NCBI GenBank assembly: GCA_035762545.1
Contig: DASTOM010000024.1
Coordinates: forward strand, 81,559 to 145,558
DNA length: 64,000 bases
Direction: 5' to 3'
From: Acidimicrobiia bacterium
Lineage (GTDB): Bacteria; Actinomycetota; Acidimicrobiia; Spongiisociales; ZC4RG35
Position 1 is the first letter of the stretch, and every line of letters starts with the position of its first letter. Positions 38,194 to 48,174 of this stretch are shown piece by piece. The position numbers and the translations under genes are program-made. Under the pieces are notes generated by a model that was given only the letters and a program-made list of their open reading frames with translations, was not told the origin of the DNA and searched no databases.

Positions 38194-38273
38194 TCAGAGA
38201 CCTCTAATAGGGGCGGAGGCGGTGGAATTGACGCCACTAAAGATCCCACCGGATCACGAAATGTCAAGCCACA

Positions 38274-41093
38274 TCAGACGTAGGCGTCGAGAGGCGGGCA
38301 GGCACACACCAGGTTGCGATCTCCACCGACCCCGTCGACCCGACCCACCGGGGGCCAGTACTTGTCGATCCGAAGGCTGTCGACGGGATAGGCCGCCAGC
38401 TCTCGCCCATAAGGATGCTCCCACGCGTCTGCGGTCACGTCCTCCGCCGTGTGTGGTGCGTTGACCAGTGGATTGTCGTCACGAGGCCAGTCACCCGCCC
38501 CGATCCTGTCCGCCTCGGCCCGGATGGCGATCATCGCGTCGCAGAACCGATCGATCTCCTCGAGGCTCTCCGACTCGGTCGGCTCGATCATCAGCGTGTT
38601 GGCGACGGGGAACGCAAGAGTCGGGGCGTGGAACCCGTAATCAGCGAGACGTTTGGCAATGTCCTCTGCAGTGACGCCACTGCTCTTGGTCACGGTGCGG
38701 ACATCGACGATGCACTCATGGGCCACCCGGCCGTGGGAGCCGGTGTAGAGAACCGGGAAATGGGGGTCGAGACGTCTGGCGATGTAGTTGGCGGAGAGGA
38801 TCGCGACCCTGGTCGCCTTCTTCAATCCGTCCGGTCCCATCAGCCGGATGTAGGCGTACGGGATCGGGAGAATCCCTGCCGAACCGAACGGAGCACCAGA
38901 TATCGCACCGATGCCCGAGGCAGGCCCGGCCTCGTCGAGAAGAGGATGATTGGGAAGGAACGGAACGAGGTGCTCCTTGACCCCCACCGGACCGACACCC
39001 GGCCCACCCCCGCCGTGGGGGATCGTGAACGTCTTGTGCAGGTTCAGATGGCCTACGTCCGCCCCGAAATCGGCCGGGCGGGCGAGACCTACGAGAGCGT
39101 TGAGATTCGCTCCATCCACGTAGACCTGGCCACCGTGGTGATGGACGATCTCGGTGACTTCCTTGATGCGCTCCTCGAACACGCCGTGAGTCGACGGGTA
39201 GGTCACCATCAACGCAGCGAGATCCGCTTCGTGCTCGGTGGCCTTGGCCTCGAGGTCGGCCACATCGATGTTGCCCGAAGCATCGGAGGCGACGACCACC
39301 ACCCTCATCCCGGCCATCACTGCAGAGGCGGCATTGGTGCCGTGGGCCGACGCAGGGATGAGACAGACGTCCCGGTTCTCGTCTCCCTGCGACCGGTGAT
39401 AGGCAGCGATCGCCAGTAGTCCGGCAAACTCACCCTGGGACCCGGCGTTGGGCTGGAGAGAGACCGCGGCGTAGCCCGTGATGCTGGCCAGATAGCTCTC
39501 GAGCTCGCCGATCAGCTCCAGGTATCCCCTCGCCTGATCCACGGGGGCGTACGGATGGATCCCGGAGAAACCCGGCCAGGTGATCGGAATCATCTCGGTG
39601 GTGGCGTTCAGCTTCATCGTGCAAGAGCCGAGCGGGATCATCGTCCGGTCGAGGGCGAGATCCCGGTCGGCGAGTCGCCGCAGATAGCGGAGCATCTCGT
39701 GCTCCGACTGATAACGATGGAACACCGGGTGGGTCAGGTAGCCCGACCTTCTGGTTAGGCCCTCAGACAGGGCGCCGACGGCCTCGACCCTTGCCACGCC
39801 GATGACCTCGAGGAGACGCTCCACGAGTTCGTCATCGCTTCTCTCGTCGAGGGCGATACGAAAGCGGTCGGTGTCGACATGCCCCAGGTTGATGCCAGCG
39901 TCCCGTGCTGCCTCGACGATCTCGACCGCACGGCCCGGGGCATTCACTGTGATGGTGTCGAACCAATGTGCGTTGTCGACGACGAAGCCCCCGGCCTGCA
40001 GCGAGGCGGCGAGGACAGAGACCAGGCGGTTGCATTCCTCCGCGATCGCACGCAGCCCTTCGGGACCATGCCACGACGCGTAGAAGGCCGCCATCACCGC
40101 GAGAAGCACCTGCGCGGTGCAGACGTTGGAGGTCGCCTTCTCGCGTCGGATGTGTTGCTCGCGTGTCTGAAGCGCGAGTCGATATGCCATGCGACCCGCT
40201 CGATCCTTGGACACGCCGACGAGTCGTCCCGGCAAAGCCCTGACATGCTCCTCACGGGTGGCGATGAAACCCGCGTGCGGGCCGCCGTAACCGAGGGGAA
40301 CGCCAAAACGCTGAGCCGACCCGACGGCGATGTCGGCTCCCCACTCCCCCGGCGGTGTCAGCAGAGTCAGGGCGAGGAGGTCTGTCGCCACGACGACCAG
40401 TGCACCCGCCCCCGCGAACTTCGCTGTGATCGCCGAGAAATCCCGCACTGCCCCCGAAGACCCCGGATAGTGCAACAGGACACCGAAGGCCAGCGCCGGG
40501 TCGGAATCGTCTCCGAGCTCGCGAACCTCGACACCGACGGCAGCGGCCCGGGTCAGGATCACCGACTTGGTCGCCGGATGAGTGTCGGGATCCAGGTAGA
40601 AGACCGACCGGTCCCCCCTGAACAGCCGCCGCGCCATGGCCATCGCCTCGGCTGCCGCCGTCGGCTCGTCCAGCAGCGAGGCATTGGCGATCTCGAGGCC
40701 GGTGAGGTCGGAGACCATCGTTTGGAAGTTGAGGAGAGCCTCGAGTCGGCCCTGGGAGATCTCGGGTTGGTAGGAGGTGTAAGCCGTGTACCAGGCCGGG
40801 TTCTCCAGGACGTTCCTCTGGATCACCGGAGGAACGATCGTGTCGTGGTACCCGAGTCCGATCAGCGACCGCACCAGCGAGTTCGCGCCGGCCAATTGGC
40901 GGAGTCGCTCGGTTACCTCCACCTCTGTCATGGCGGAGGGCAGCTGGAGATCCGTGTCGAGGATCGAAGCGGGGACGGTCTCTTCGATCAGGTCGTCGAG
41001 TGACGCCACGCCGACTGTGGCCAGCATCTTGTCGATGTCGGCAGAAGAGGGGCCGATGTGGCGGTCGGAGAATCGGTCGAATGGGCTCGGCAT
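38274..41093 (-). CDS. gcvP: Glycine dehydrogenase (decarboxylating), single-chain P-protein
   Basis: About 940-aa GcvP with N-terminus [15 protein letters not shown] and PLP-lysine region. GGAGGA Shine-Dalgarno 6 nt upstream of ATG 41093. The 70-aa N-terminal extension in the ORF track is rejected. Confidence 0.9.
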   Translation of the reverse strand: MPSPFDRFSDRHIGPSSADIDKMLATVGVASLDDLIEETVPASILDTDLQLPSAMTEVEVTERLRQLAGANSLVRSLIGLGYHDTIVPPVIQRNVLENPAWYTAYTSYQPEISQGRLEALLNFQTMVSDLTGLEIANASLLDEPTAAAEAMAMARRLFRGDRSVFYLDPDTHPATKSVILTRAAAVGVEVRELGDDSDPALAFGVLLHYPGSSGAVRDFSAITAKFAGAGALVVVATDLLALTLLTPPGEWGADIAVGSAQRFGVPLGYGGPHAGFIATREEHVRALPGRLVGVSKDRAGRMAYRLALQTREQHIRREKATSNVCTAQVLLAVMAAFYASWHGPEGLRAIAEECNRLVSVLAASLQAGGFVVDNAHWFDTITVNAPGRAVEIVEAARDAGINLGHVDTDRFRIALDERSDDELVERLLEVIGVARVEAVGALSEGLTRRSGYLTHPVFHRYQSEHEMLRYLRRLADRDLALDRTMIPLGSCTMKLNATTEMIPITWPGFSGIHPYAPVDQARGYLELIGELESYLASITGYAAVSLQPNAGSQGEFAGLLAIAAYHRSQGDENRDVCLIPASAHGTNAASAVMAGMRVVVVASDASGNIDVADLEAKATEHEADLAALMVTYPSTHGVFEERIKEVTEIVHHHGGQVYVDGANLNALVGLARPADFGADVGHLNLHKTFTIPHGGGGPGVGPVGVKEHLVPFLPNHPLLDEAGPASGIGAISGAPFGSAGILPIPYAYIRLMGPDGLKKATRVAILSANYIARRLDPHFPVLYTGSHGRVAHECIVDVRTVTKSSGVTAEDIAKRLADYGFHAPTLAFPVANTLMIEPTESESLEEIDRFCDAMIAIRAEADRIGAGDWPRDDNPLVNAPHTAEDVTADAWEHPYGRELAAYPVDSLRIDKYWPPVGRVDGVGGDRNLVCACPPLDAYV

Positions 41094-41268
41094 CGCAGTC
41101 CTCCGATCATAAGCACGATGTCTCATAGCCAGTGACCCATGCCAACCTCTCTGGGGTTCGGACGGAGTAATCCGCTCCGGACGCCCCAACCCCAAAGGCC
41201 TGGAGTCGGCCGCGGGATTCCCCCAACTTCGCGGGTAGACCACTCCAGGTACCTCCTTCCAGGAGGAT
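41094..41268 (-). promoter_or_regulatory. gcvP 5' leader with nested hairpins; possible glycine-riboswitch-like aptamer (unverified)
   Basis: Minus-strand leader contains the P1-like pairing CTGGAG...CTCCAGGC and inner stems (CCGCG...CGCGG; CCGGAGCGG...CCGTCCG), then a GGAGGA Shine-Dalgarno. The resemblance to the glycine riboswitch consensus (GGAGAG...CGAAG...CTCAGGC) is partial. Confidence 0.25.
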
Positions 41269-41269
41269 C

Positions 41270-41301
41270 GAAGACCCCGGCATCCCCATGCCGGGGTCTT
41301 C
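41270..41301 (-). terminator. Perfect 14-bp-stem hairpin (GAAGACCCCGGCAT-GGGG-ATGCCGGGGTCTTC) between the antiporter gene and the gcvP leader
   Basis: Fully palindromic 32-mer read directly from the sequence. Lies 95 nt downstream of the antiporter stop and about 175 nt upstream of the gcvP ATG. Confidence 0.5.
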
Positions 41302-41306
41302 ACAAT

Positions 41307-41394
41307 GATGATGAAAGGGGGACGACCCCCTCAAACCCCCGCGCCTAAGACAAGAGATGATGAAGGGGGGACGACCCCCTCAAACCCCCGCACC
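41307..41394 (-). repeat. Two copies of a 39-bp direct repeat (gatgatgaaRgggggacgaccccctcaaacccccgcRcc), each containing a GGGGG-TCGT-CCCCC hairpin
   Basis: Copy A is 41307..41345 and copy B is 41356..41394. Copy B abuts the antiporter stop codon. On the minus strand each reads as a GC hairpin followed by TTTCATCAT, consistent with high-GC intrinsic terminators. Confidence 0.5.
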
Positions 41395-43620
41395 TCAGTG
41401 GGTCGGTGTGTTGGGGGTGCCGCTCGGGGGGAGACTCACCACCGCCACCGGCAGCTCGGACTGGGCGAGCATGTACGAGACCCGGTGCCCGTAGAAGGGC
41501 CGATTGGTGAGGGACCTGGTACTGGCACCAAGTACCAGTAGGTCGAAGGCGCCGGAGTTCCCGAATGCCACGATCTCCTCTTCGGCATTGGGCGACACTC
41601 TCACGCCCGTCTCCACCGAAACGCCGAGCCGGTCACCGAATGCAGCGGCGGCTCGCACCATCTCCTGGCCTGCCGCCAGGCTGTCCTGGACGGCAGCGTC
41701 CTCGAGAATCACCCCCTGGCCCTCCGGACGATTGACGACGTGGAGTGCGAATGTACGACCGTCTGCCGCTTTGGCCAGCGAATAGGCGAACTCCTCCGCG
41801 GCGCGGGTCGACCGGGATGCGGCGACCGGCACCAGTATCCGCCTCGGCAGACCTTCGCTCGCCTGCCGCCCTCGAGGCATCCGCACCACTATCGACGGAA
41901 CCTCGATCAAGGCCAGAACCCTGTCGATGACGCTGCTGAACGTCCCCTCACCGGTCTCGGTGGCACCCAGGACCACGAGGTCATAGCCGAGGGAGCTCTC
42001 TTTTGCGATCGCCGATGCCGGATCGCGGGCGAGACGATGAACCGTCCGTGCCGCGGGGAGCTCGGCAAGCACGTCGGATGGATCTCCGGGCTCGCCCTCG
42101 ACACGCCGAGCCAATCGCCTGAACAGACCGGGCTTGGCGAGGTCGACCACCAGAACTGTGATCTCGGCATCGGGAAAGACGGCGTTGACCAGCTGTGCGG
42201 CGTAGAGACTGTTGTCCCCACCGCGGGTCGGTAAGAGGATGCGCCGCGATCGCAGGATCTCGCTCGACTCCCTGACTTCCTCCTGGTCCAATCGCTCAGC
42301 CTCCTCCTGGGGGATGTCCCAACCCCTGACGACGAGCTTGAGCAGTTGGGGCGCCACGATCGAGGTGACGATGGCAGCGAGGACCATCACGGTGTAACCG
42401 GTCTCGCTGACGACACCCAGGTTGAGACCGATTATGGCAACCACCACACCCATGGCACCGAGAGCAGAGAGACCCGAGCCCAGTGCCAGGGCCTCCCTGC
42501 CCCGGACCCCGGCGAAGAATCCTCCGATCACCGTCCCGAGGATCTTGGCGACGATGGCGACCACTATCAGCACCACCGTCCACATGATGACTTCGGTCGT
42601 GTCTAGGAGGCCCACGTCGACACGGAGACCGGAGAACGCGAAGAAGACCGGCGCCAGAAAGGCGGCCGTCACCGTCTCCAGGACCGATCGGACCTGGGGA
42701 AGCTGGTGACGAAGGCCGGCCACGAGGATCCCGACGATGTACGCCCCCAGAATCGCCTCGATGTGGAGGGCCTGGGTGATGGCGCCGCCGATGAGCGCAG
42801 CGACGATCGTGATCGACAGGGCGGCAGTGACCGAGGACCCGCTGGCCATGACGTATCTGAACAGCCGATCGACCAACCAGCGGAAGACCGTGAAGGAGAG
42901 CAGGAGGAAGAGGAGCAGGCCACCGAAGGAGATACCGAGCCTGTCGGGCCGGAATCCATCGAGGGCGATCCCGGAGAGAGCGGCGAGGACCAGCCAACCG
43001 ACGGCGTCCATGGTCATCCCGGCGGCCAGGGTCACCTGGCCGAAGTTGCGACGCAGGTACCCCATGTCCTGGAGGATCTTGGCCACGACCGGGAGCGCGG
43101 AGACCGAGAGGGCAAGGGCGAGGAAGCCGGCGAAGACGGCGCGCTCCACCCCCGATCCGTCGGGCCCCGGTCCGATGAACGACTCCGGGACCAGGAAGGC
43201 GAGGGACGCCGCCGCGGCCAGAGGTAGGAGGAGGGCGCCGGCCGAAACGGAGAGAGCGGCGTTACGGAACCTGGCGATGATCCCGAGATCGGTCTCGAAC
43301 CCGATCACCACCAGGAGCATGATCACGCCTAGCCAGGAGATGCCGAAGACTACGGACGTCACGGTGGGCTCCCCGAACACCCAGTTGAATGTCTCCGGCG
43401 CCACCCGACCGAACAGGGTCGGTCCCAGGACGACACCGGCGAGGAGCTCACCGACGACGGCGGGCTGGCCGACACTCTTCATCAACCATCCGAAGATGCG
43501 GGCAACTCCGACGAGGAGAGCCAACTGCACGAGGAAGACGAGGACTTCGTGTTCGCTCAGCGGCGCTGCCGAGCCGCCCTCGGCAGCGAGAAAGAAGACC
43601 ACGAGATCAAAACTAGCCAC
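41395..43620 (-). CDS. Cation/proton antiporter (CPA family) fused to tandem universal stress protein (UspA) domains
   Basis: About 400-aa 12-TM Na+/H+-exchanger-like N-terminus followed by two UspA-like alpha/beta domains (ILLPTRGG..., RILVPVAASRS...). Confidence 0.75.
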   Translation of the reverse strand: MASFDLVVFFLAAEGGSAAPLSEHEVLVFLVQLALLVGVARIFGWLMKSVGQPAVVGELLAGVVLGPTLFGRVAPETFNWVFGEPTVTSVVFGISWLGVIMLLVVIGFETDLGIIARFRNAALSVSAGALLLPLAAAASLAFLVPESFIGPGPDGSGVERAVFAGFLALALSVSALPVVAKILQDMGYLRRNFGQVTLAAGMTMDAVGWLVLAALSGIALDGFRPDRLGISFGGLLLFLLLSFTVFRWLVDRLFRYVMASGSSVTAALSITIVAALIGGAITQALHIEAILGAYIVGILVAGLRHQLPQVRSVLETVTAAFLAPVFFAFSGLRVDVGLLDTTEVIMWTVVLIVVAIVAKILGTVIGGFFAGVRGREALALGSGLSALGAMGVVVAIIGLNLGVVSETGYTVMVLAAIVTSIVAPQLLKLVVRGWDIPQEEAERLDQEEVRESSEILRSRRILLPTRGGDNSLYAAQLVNAVFPDAEITVLVVDLAKPGLFRRLARRVEGEPGDPSDVLAELPAARTVHRLARDPASAIAKESSLGYDLVVLGATETGEGTFSSVIDRVLALIEVPSIVVRMPRGRQASEGLPRRILVPVAASRSTRAAEEFAYSLAKAADGRTFALHVVNRPEGQGVILEDAAVQDSLAAGQEMVRAAAAFGDRLGVSVETGVRVSPNAEEEIVAFGNSGAFDLLVLGASTRSLTNRPFYGHRVSYMLAQSELPVAVVSLPPSGTPNTPTH

Positions 43621-43623
43621 AGT

Positions 43624-44706
43624 TCAGACGTTGAACCGGAACTCCACCACGTCTGACGGCTTCATGACGTAGGCCTTCCCTTCGGTTCGGACCAGCCCGG
43701 CCGAGCGTGCCGCCATCCAGGATCCGGCCTCCACGAGGCGCTCGTAGTCGACGACCTCCGCAGCGATGAAACCCCTCTGGAAGTCGGTGTGGATCACGCC
43801 AGCCGCCTCGGGCGCGGTTGCTCCGACCGGGATCGTCCAGGCGCGCGCCTCCTTCTCACCAGCCGTGAGATAGCTCTGCAGCCCCAGGGTCGTGTAGGCG
43901 GCGCGAATGACCGTGTCGAGCCCGGGTTCGGACTGTCCGACCGACTCGAGCAGCTCGCGCCGCTCCTCAGCCTCCAACTCGATCAGCTCCGCCTCGATCT
44001 GAGCGTCCAGGAAAAGGGCCTCGGCCGGGGCCACTATCTCAGCCAACCGGGCTCGGCGTTCGGCGTCGTTCAGACCCTTCTCGTCCATGTTGAAGACATA
44101 GATGACGGGTTTTGCCGTCAAGAGATGCAGGTCGGCAAACCGTGCAGCGTCCTTCATGAGCTCCGGATGGCGGCTTAGCATCCCTCCGGCAGCGACCACC
44201 TCCCGCACCCTCTCGAGGATGGCGACGGTCGGTTGCAGCGACTTGTCGACCGTCGACTCCTTCCGGAGCTTGGGGAGCCGTCTGTCGATGGTGTCCATGT
44301 CGGCGATCGCCAGCTCGGCCTCGATCACCTCGATGTCCCGGGCCGGATCGAGAACGTCGTCCACATGGACGACGTTCGATGCCTCGAAGGCGCGGACCAC
44401 ATGGCAAATGGCGTCCGCCTCACGGATGTTCGCCAGGAACTTGTTGCCCAGCCCCTCACCCTGACTCGCCCCCTCAACGAGACCGGCTATGTCGACGAAC
44501 GTGACAGTCGCATACGTCTTCTTCGCCGATCCGAACATCTCGGCGAGACGGTCGACTCTCTGGTCGGGTATCGGAACCACCCCGGTGTTTGGTTCGATCG
44601 TCGCGAAGGGGTAGTTGGCAGCCAGGATCCCTGCCCGTGTCAGGGCATTGAACAGGGTCGATTTGCCCACGTTGGGAAGACCGACGATTCCGATGGAGAG
44701 GGCCAT
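43624..44706 (-). CDS. ychF: Redox-regulated ribosome-binding ATPase YchF (Obg-like)
   Basis: G1 motif GIVGLPNVGKST. TGS domain C-terminus. Confidence 0.9.
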   Translation of the reverse strand: MALSIGIVGLPNVGKSTLFNALTRAGILAANYPFATIEPNTGVVPIPDQRVDRLAEMFGSAKKTYATVTFVDIAGLVEGASQGEGLGNKFLANIREADAICHVVRAFEASNVVHVDDVLDPARDIEVIEAELAIADMDTIDRRLPKLRKESTVDKSLQPTVAILERVREVVAAGGMLSRHPELMKDAARFADLHLLTAKPVIYVFNMDEKGLNDAERRARLAEIVAPAEALFLDAQIEAELIELEAEERRELLESVGQSEPGLDTVIRAAYTTLGLQSYLTAGEKEARAWTIPVGATAPEAAGVIHTDFQRGFIAAEVVDYERLVEAGSWMAARSAGLVRTEGKAYVMKPSDVVEFRFNV

Positions 44707-44750
44707 GCGGGACGACAGGGTAGGAAGCCGGGACGGGGTACCGGATTACC

Positions 44751-45761
44751 GTGACGCCAATGGAAAGGATCGCGGTCGTCGGCGCCGGCTCGTGGGGAAC
44801 GACCGTTGCCCATTTGGCAGGTCAAAAGGTCGACACGCTGCTCTGGGCACGGCGTCCGGAGCTAGCCGCCCGAATCAACGAGACCCGGCGCAACGAGGAC
44901 TACCTCCCCGACCTCGAGCTCTCCGATCGACTCAGGGCGACCGCCGACATCGAAGACGCCGTGGCGACGGCTGATGTTGTCGTCATGGCCGCCCCGTCCC
45001 ACGGCTTTCGAGGGGTGTTCACGGGTGCAGCCGCTCACATCGGAGAAGGAGTCCCTGTGGTTTCGCTCACCAAGGGCATCGAGCAGGGCAGCCTGGCCAG
45101 GATGACACAGGTCATCCTCGAGGTAGACCCTGACATCGATGCATCGATCGTCGGTGTGCTGACCGGGCCCAACCTCGCAGCGGAGATCGTCATGGGACAA
45201 CCCACCGCATCAGTGATCGCAATGACCGATCGTCCCGCTGCCGAGGAACTCCAGCAGCTGTTCATGAACCCGGCTTTTCGTGTCTATACCAACGACGACG
45301 TCATCGGGTGCGAACTCGGTGGTGCCCTCAAGAACGTCATGGCGATCGCCTCCGGGATGTCAGATGGTCTTGGTTTCGGTGACAACACGAGGGCCACACT
45401 TCTCACCCGCGCTCTGGCCGAGCTGACCAGGTTGGGTGTCGCCCTCGGGGGAAGGCCGGAGACCTTCGCCGGTCTTGCCGGCATGGGCGACCTGATCGCC
45501 ACCTGCAGCTCCAACCGGAGCCGCAACCACCAGGTCGGGTTTGGCCTCGCACGGGGAAAGACCCTCGAGGAGATCGTCGAGGAGATGAGCATGGTCGCCG
45601 AGGGAGTCAAGACCACCAAGAGCGTGCTCGGTCTGGCCCAGAGAGCAGACGTGGACATGCCCATCGCCAGTCATGTCGATCGGGTCCTCGAAGGCGAGAT
45701 GTCCCCGCGTGAGGGCATGATGAGCCTGATGACACGCGAGGCGAAAGCGGAGTCGAGATGA
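44751..45761 (+). CDS. gpsA: NAD(P)H-dependent glycerol-3-phosphate dehydrogenase
   Basis: IAVVGAGSWGT Rossmann motif and GALKNVMAIA active-site block. Confidence 0.9.
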   Translation: MTPMERIAVVGAGSWGTTVAHLAGQKVDTLLWARRPELAARINETRRNEDYLPDLELSDRLRATADIEDAVATADVVVMAAPSHGFRGVFTGAAAHIGEGVPVVSLTKGIEQGSLARMTQVILEVDPDIDASIVGVLTGPNLAAEIVMGQPTASVIAMTDRPAAEELQQLFMNPAFRVYTNDDVIGCELGGALKNVMAIASGMSDGLGFGDNTRATLLTRALAELTRLGVALGGRPETFAGLAGMGDLIATCSSNRSRNHQVGFGLARGKTLEEIVEEMSMVAEGVKTTKSVLGLAQRADVDMPIASHVDRVLEGEMSPREGMMSLMTREAKAESR

Positions 45762-46390
45762 CCGACAAGACGACGATCCGGCGATTGCCGGAGAGGGGCG
45801 TGCATGACCGGTCGGCCATCGACGCGATCCTCGACGAGGGACTCGTTTGTCACGCCGCCTACGTGATCGACGGGCGTCCGGTCGTGATCCCGACCCTCTA
45901 CGCCAGGGACGGGAACCGTCTCCTCTTGCACGGTTCGAACTCGATGGGGCTGGCCAGGGCCGTGCGGTCCGGTTCGCCCCTGTCGGTGGCGGTGACCCAC
46001 ATCGACGGTCTCGTCGTGGCCAGGAGTGCCTTCCACTCCTCGGCCAACTACCGCAGCGTGGTGGTTCACGGGACAGGCCGGCTTCTCGAGGCTGAGGAGA
46101 AGAGACAGGCGTTCGACATGATCGTCGAAGCACTCATCCCGGGTCGCCTCGCCGACCTGCGGGAGTCCACCGACTCTGAGATCAGCCAGACTGCCATCGT
46201 GGAGCTCTCCCTTGACGAGATCTCGGCCAAGGTCCGAGCCGGAGGGCCTTTGGACGAGCCGGAGGACATGGATTCCGATGTATGGGCCGGGGTCGTCCCG
46301 TTCACCCTGCAGCCGGGTGATCCGGAGGCTTCCGACGACTTGAAGCCAGGGATCGCCACGCCTGAGTATCTGAAGCCATATCGCCGCTGA
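45758..46390 (+). CDS. Pyridoxamine 5'-phosphate oxidase family protein (FMN-binding split barrel)
   Basis: Split-barrel pattern CHAAYVIDGRPVVIPTLYARDG...LLLHG. ATGA overlap with gpsA. Confidence 0.65.
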   Translation: MTDKTTIRRLPERGVHDRSAIDAILDEGLVCHAAYVIDGRPVVIPTLYARDGNRLLLHGSNSMGLARAVRSGSPLSVAVTHIDGLVVARSAFHSSANYRSVVVHGTGRLLEAEEKRQAFDMIVEALIPGRLADLRESTDSEISQTAIVELSLDEISAKVRAGGPLDEPEDMDSDVWAGVVPFTLQPGDPEASDDLKPGIATPEYLKPYRR

Positions 46391-47148
46391 TCAGAAGAAG
46401 CCGGCGTGCCAGAGAGTCAGGGTCTCCATGGTCATGGCGATCCCGACGTGGATCGCGGCCGCCCACCAGAACGAGTTCGACTTGAGGGCGAGAAATCCGA
46501 GGACAGTGCCACCAAGGATCGCAGATAGGGCTTCGGCGGTGGGCTTGTCGAAGTGGATCATCGTGTAGGGCACCATCATCACGAACACGCTGGCGATGCC
46601 GAGCCGTGGACTGAGCCCGAAGAGCATGAAACCCCGGAAGAAGAACTCGACGGCGATGAACTGGAGGATGTACAGAGCCCACCAGACGACCAGACGCGGC
46701 CACCACGGCTCCCCGGGGCCTGGCTCGTAGAAGGGATAGCCCTCCTGGAATGCCGGGAGGTAGGACGCTGCGATGAGGAATGGCACCGACAGGAGAAACA
46801 GGACGAGGTAGGGACGTCCCGTCCCCGGCACCGGACGCCCGGCACCGAACGAGCGCAGCCGCTCGCCCATCAGCCTGATTGCGATGAGCGGTAAGGCGAA
46901 GTAGCCGACGATGGATATCCCGGCCCAACGCAGCAGGCGGTCGAACTCGCTGCTGTACCCGGTTCCGATCGAGGAGGATCGGAGGAAACGGATCGCCGCC
47001 AGGGACAACGCTGCAGTCACCAGGACGATCGCGACGTTGCTGAGTGAACGGCTCAGCGGGACCGAGCGGCGGTGCTCCTCGGCAGCATTCTCGGTCTCCG
47101 TCACCACGTCGGTGACGTAGACCTGCCACCAGCGGGGGGTTCGGGCCA
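46391..47148 (-). CDS. CPBP family intramembrane metalloprotease (CAAX protease / Abi family)
   Basis: Motif 1 EEFFFRG and downstream conserved His (HVGIAM). Start chosen at MARTPRWW; the exact coordinate is uncertain by a couple of nt. Confidence 0.6.
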
Positions 47149-47244
47149 TGGCTCCTCGAAAGGTCTTCGTGTCGACCGGATTATTCCCGACGACCTCCGC
47201 GTTTCCAGTGCAACCGGCAGACCACGGCCGGGGTTCTTGTTGTA

Positions 47245-48174
47245 ATGGCCACCACCAGACTGATCTCGACATCGCACGGCACCAACCGGGAGGCGTTCTC
47301 CGCCACCGACTGGGCGCTGTTCCTCTCGCTGGCTGCCATCTGGGGGTCGTCGTTCCTGTTCATGGCCATAGGGCTCGATGCATTTCATCCCGGGCTGGTG
47401 ACACTCATACGGGTCGGTCTCGGAGCGTCATTCCTGGCGCTGATACCTCGCACACGGTCTGTCTCGATCGACCGTGAAGACTGGCCCAAGATCGCCTTGC
47501 TCTCGGTGATCTGGGTGGCGTTGCCGTTCACACTGTTCCCGATCGCCCAACAGTGGATCGACTCCGCCATCGCCGGGATGCTGAACGGGGCGACCCCGAT
47601 CTTCACCGCCCTCATCGCTACCGCGCTCCTCCGGAGCCTGCCCGGCCCCCTTCAGATGACCGGCCTACTTCTCGGGTTTGCCGGCATCGTGGCAATCGCC
47701 CTGCCCTCGGCTGGTGGCGATACGACCGCGGCCATCGGGGTCATCCTGATCGTCCTCGCCACCATGGGATACGCGGTTTCGCTCAACATGGTTCCACCGT
47801 TGCAGCAAAAGTACGGGTCACTTCCGGTGACTGCCCGGGTTCTATGGCTGGCCGCCCCGATGGTGATGCCCTATGGGCTGGTGGGACTGGGACAATCCAG
47901 CTTTGCCTGGCCATCCCTGCTGGCGGTGGCGGCCGTCGGCATTCTCGGAACCGGCCTCGCCTTCATCTTCATGGGAAACCTCGCCGGAAGCGTCGGAGCG
48001 ACGAGGGCCTCGTTCCTCTCCTATCTGATCCCGGTGGTCGCCGTGGTGCTCGGTGTGGTTTTTCGGGACGAGATCGTCTCTCCGGTGGCCATCGCCGGAG
48101 TCCTGCTGGTGATCATCGGTGCGATCCTGGCCTCACGCCGTGAGACGAGAGAGATCGACCGACGCCCGGCGTAG
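47245..48174 (+). CDS. DMT superfamily transporter (EamA domain)
   Basis: Duplicated EamA 5-TM halves. Confidence 0.7.
   Translation: MATTRLISTSHGTNREAFSATDWALFLSLAAIWGSSFLFMAIGLDAFHPGLVTLIRVGLGASFLALIPRTRSVSIDREDWPKIALLSVIWVALPFTLFPIAQQWIDSAIAGMLNGATPIFTALIATALLRSLPGPLQMTGLLLGFAGIVAIALPSAGGDTTAAIGVILIVLATMGYAVSLNMVPPLQQKYGSLPVTARVLWLAAPMVMPYGLVGLGQSSFAWPSLLAVAAVGILGTGLAFIFMGNLAGSVGATRASFLSYLIPVVAVVLGVVFRDEIVSPVAIAGVLLVIIGAILASRRETREIDRRPA

Noticed and set aside
41094-41303. 70-aa N-terminal extension of the gcvP ORF ([15 protein letters not shown]...)
   Set aside because: GcvP homologues begin at [21 protein letters not shown] lies 6 nt upstream of that ATG. The extension covers the structured leader and hairpins.
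41305-41541. Plus-strand ORF (78 aa, [15 protein letters not shown]...) spanning the duplicated 39-bp elements
   Set aside because: It is composed of the repeat/hairpin sequence and overlaps the antiporter C-terminus on the opposite strand. There is no Shine-Dalgarno or conservation signal.
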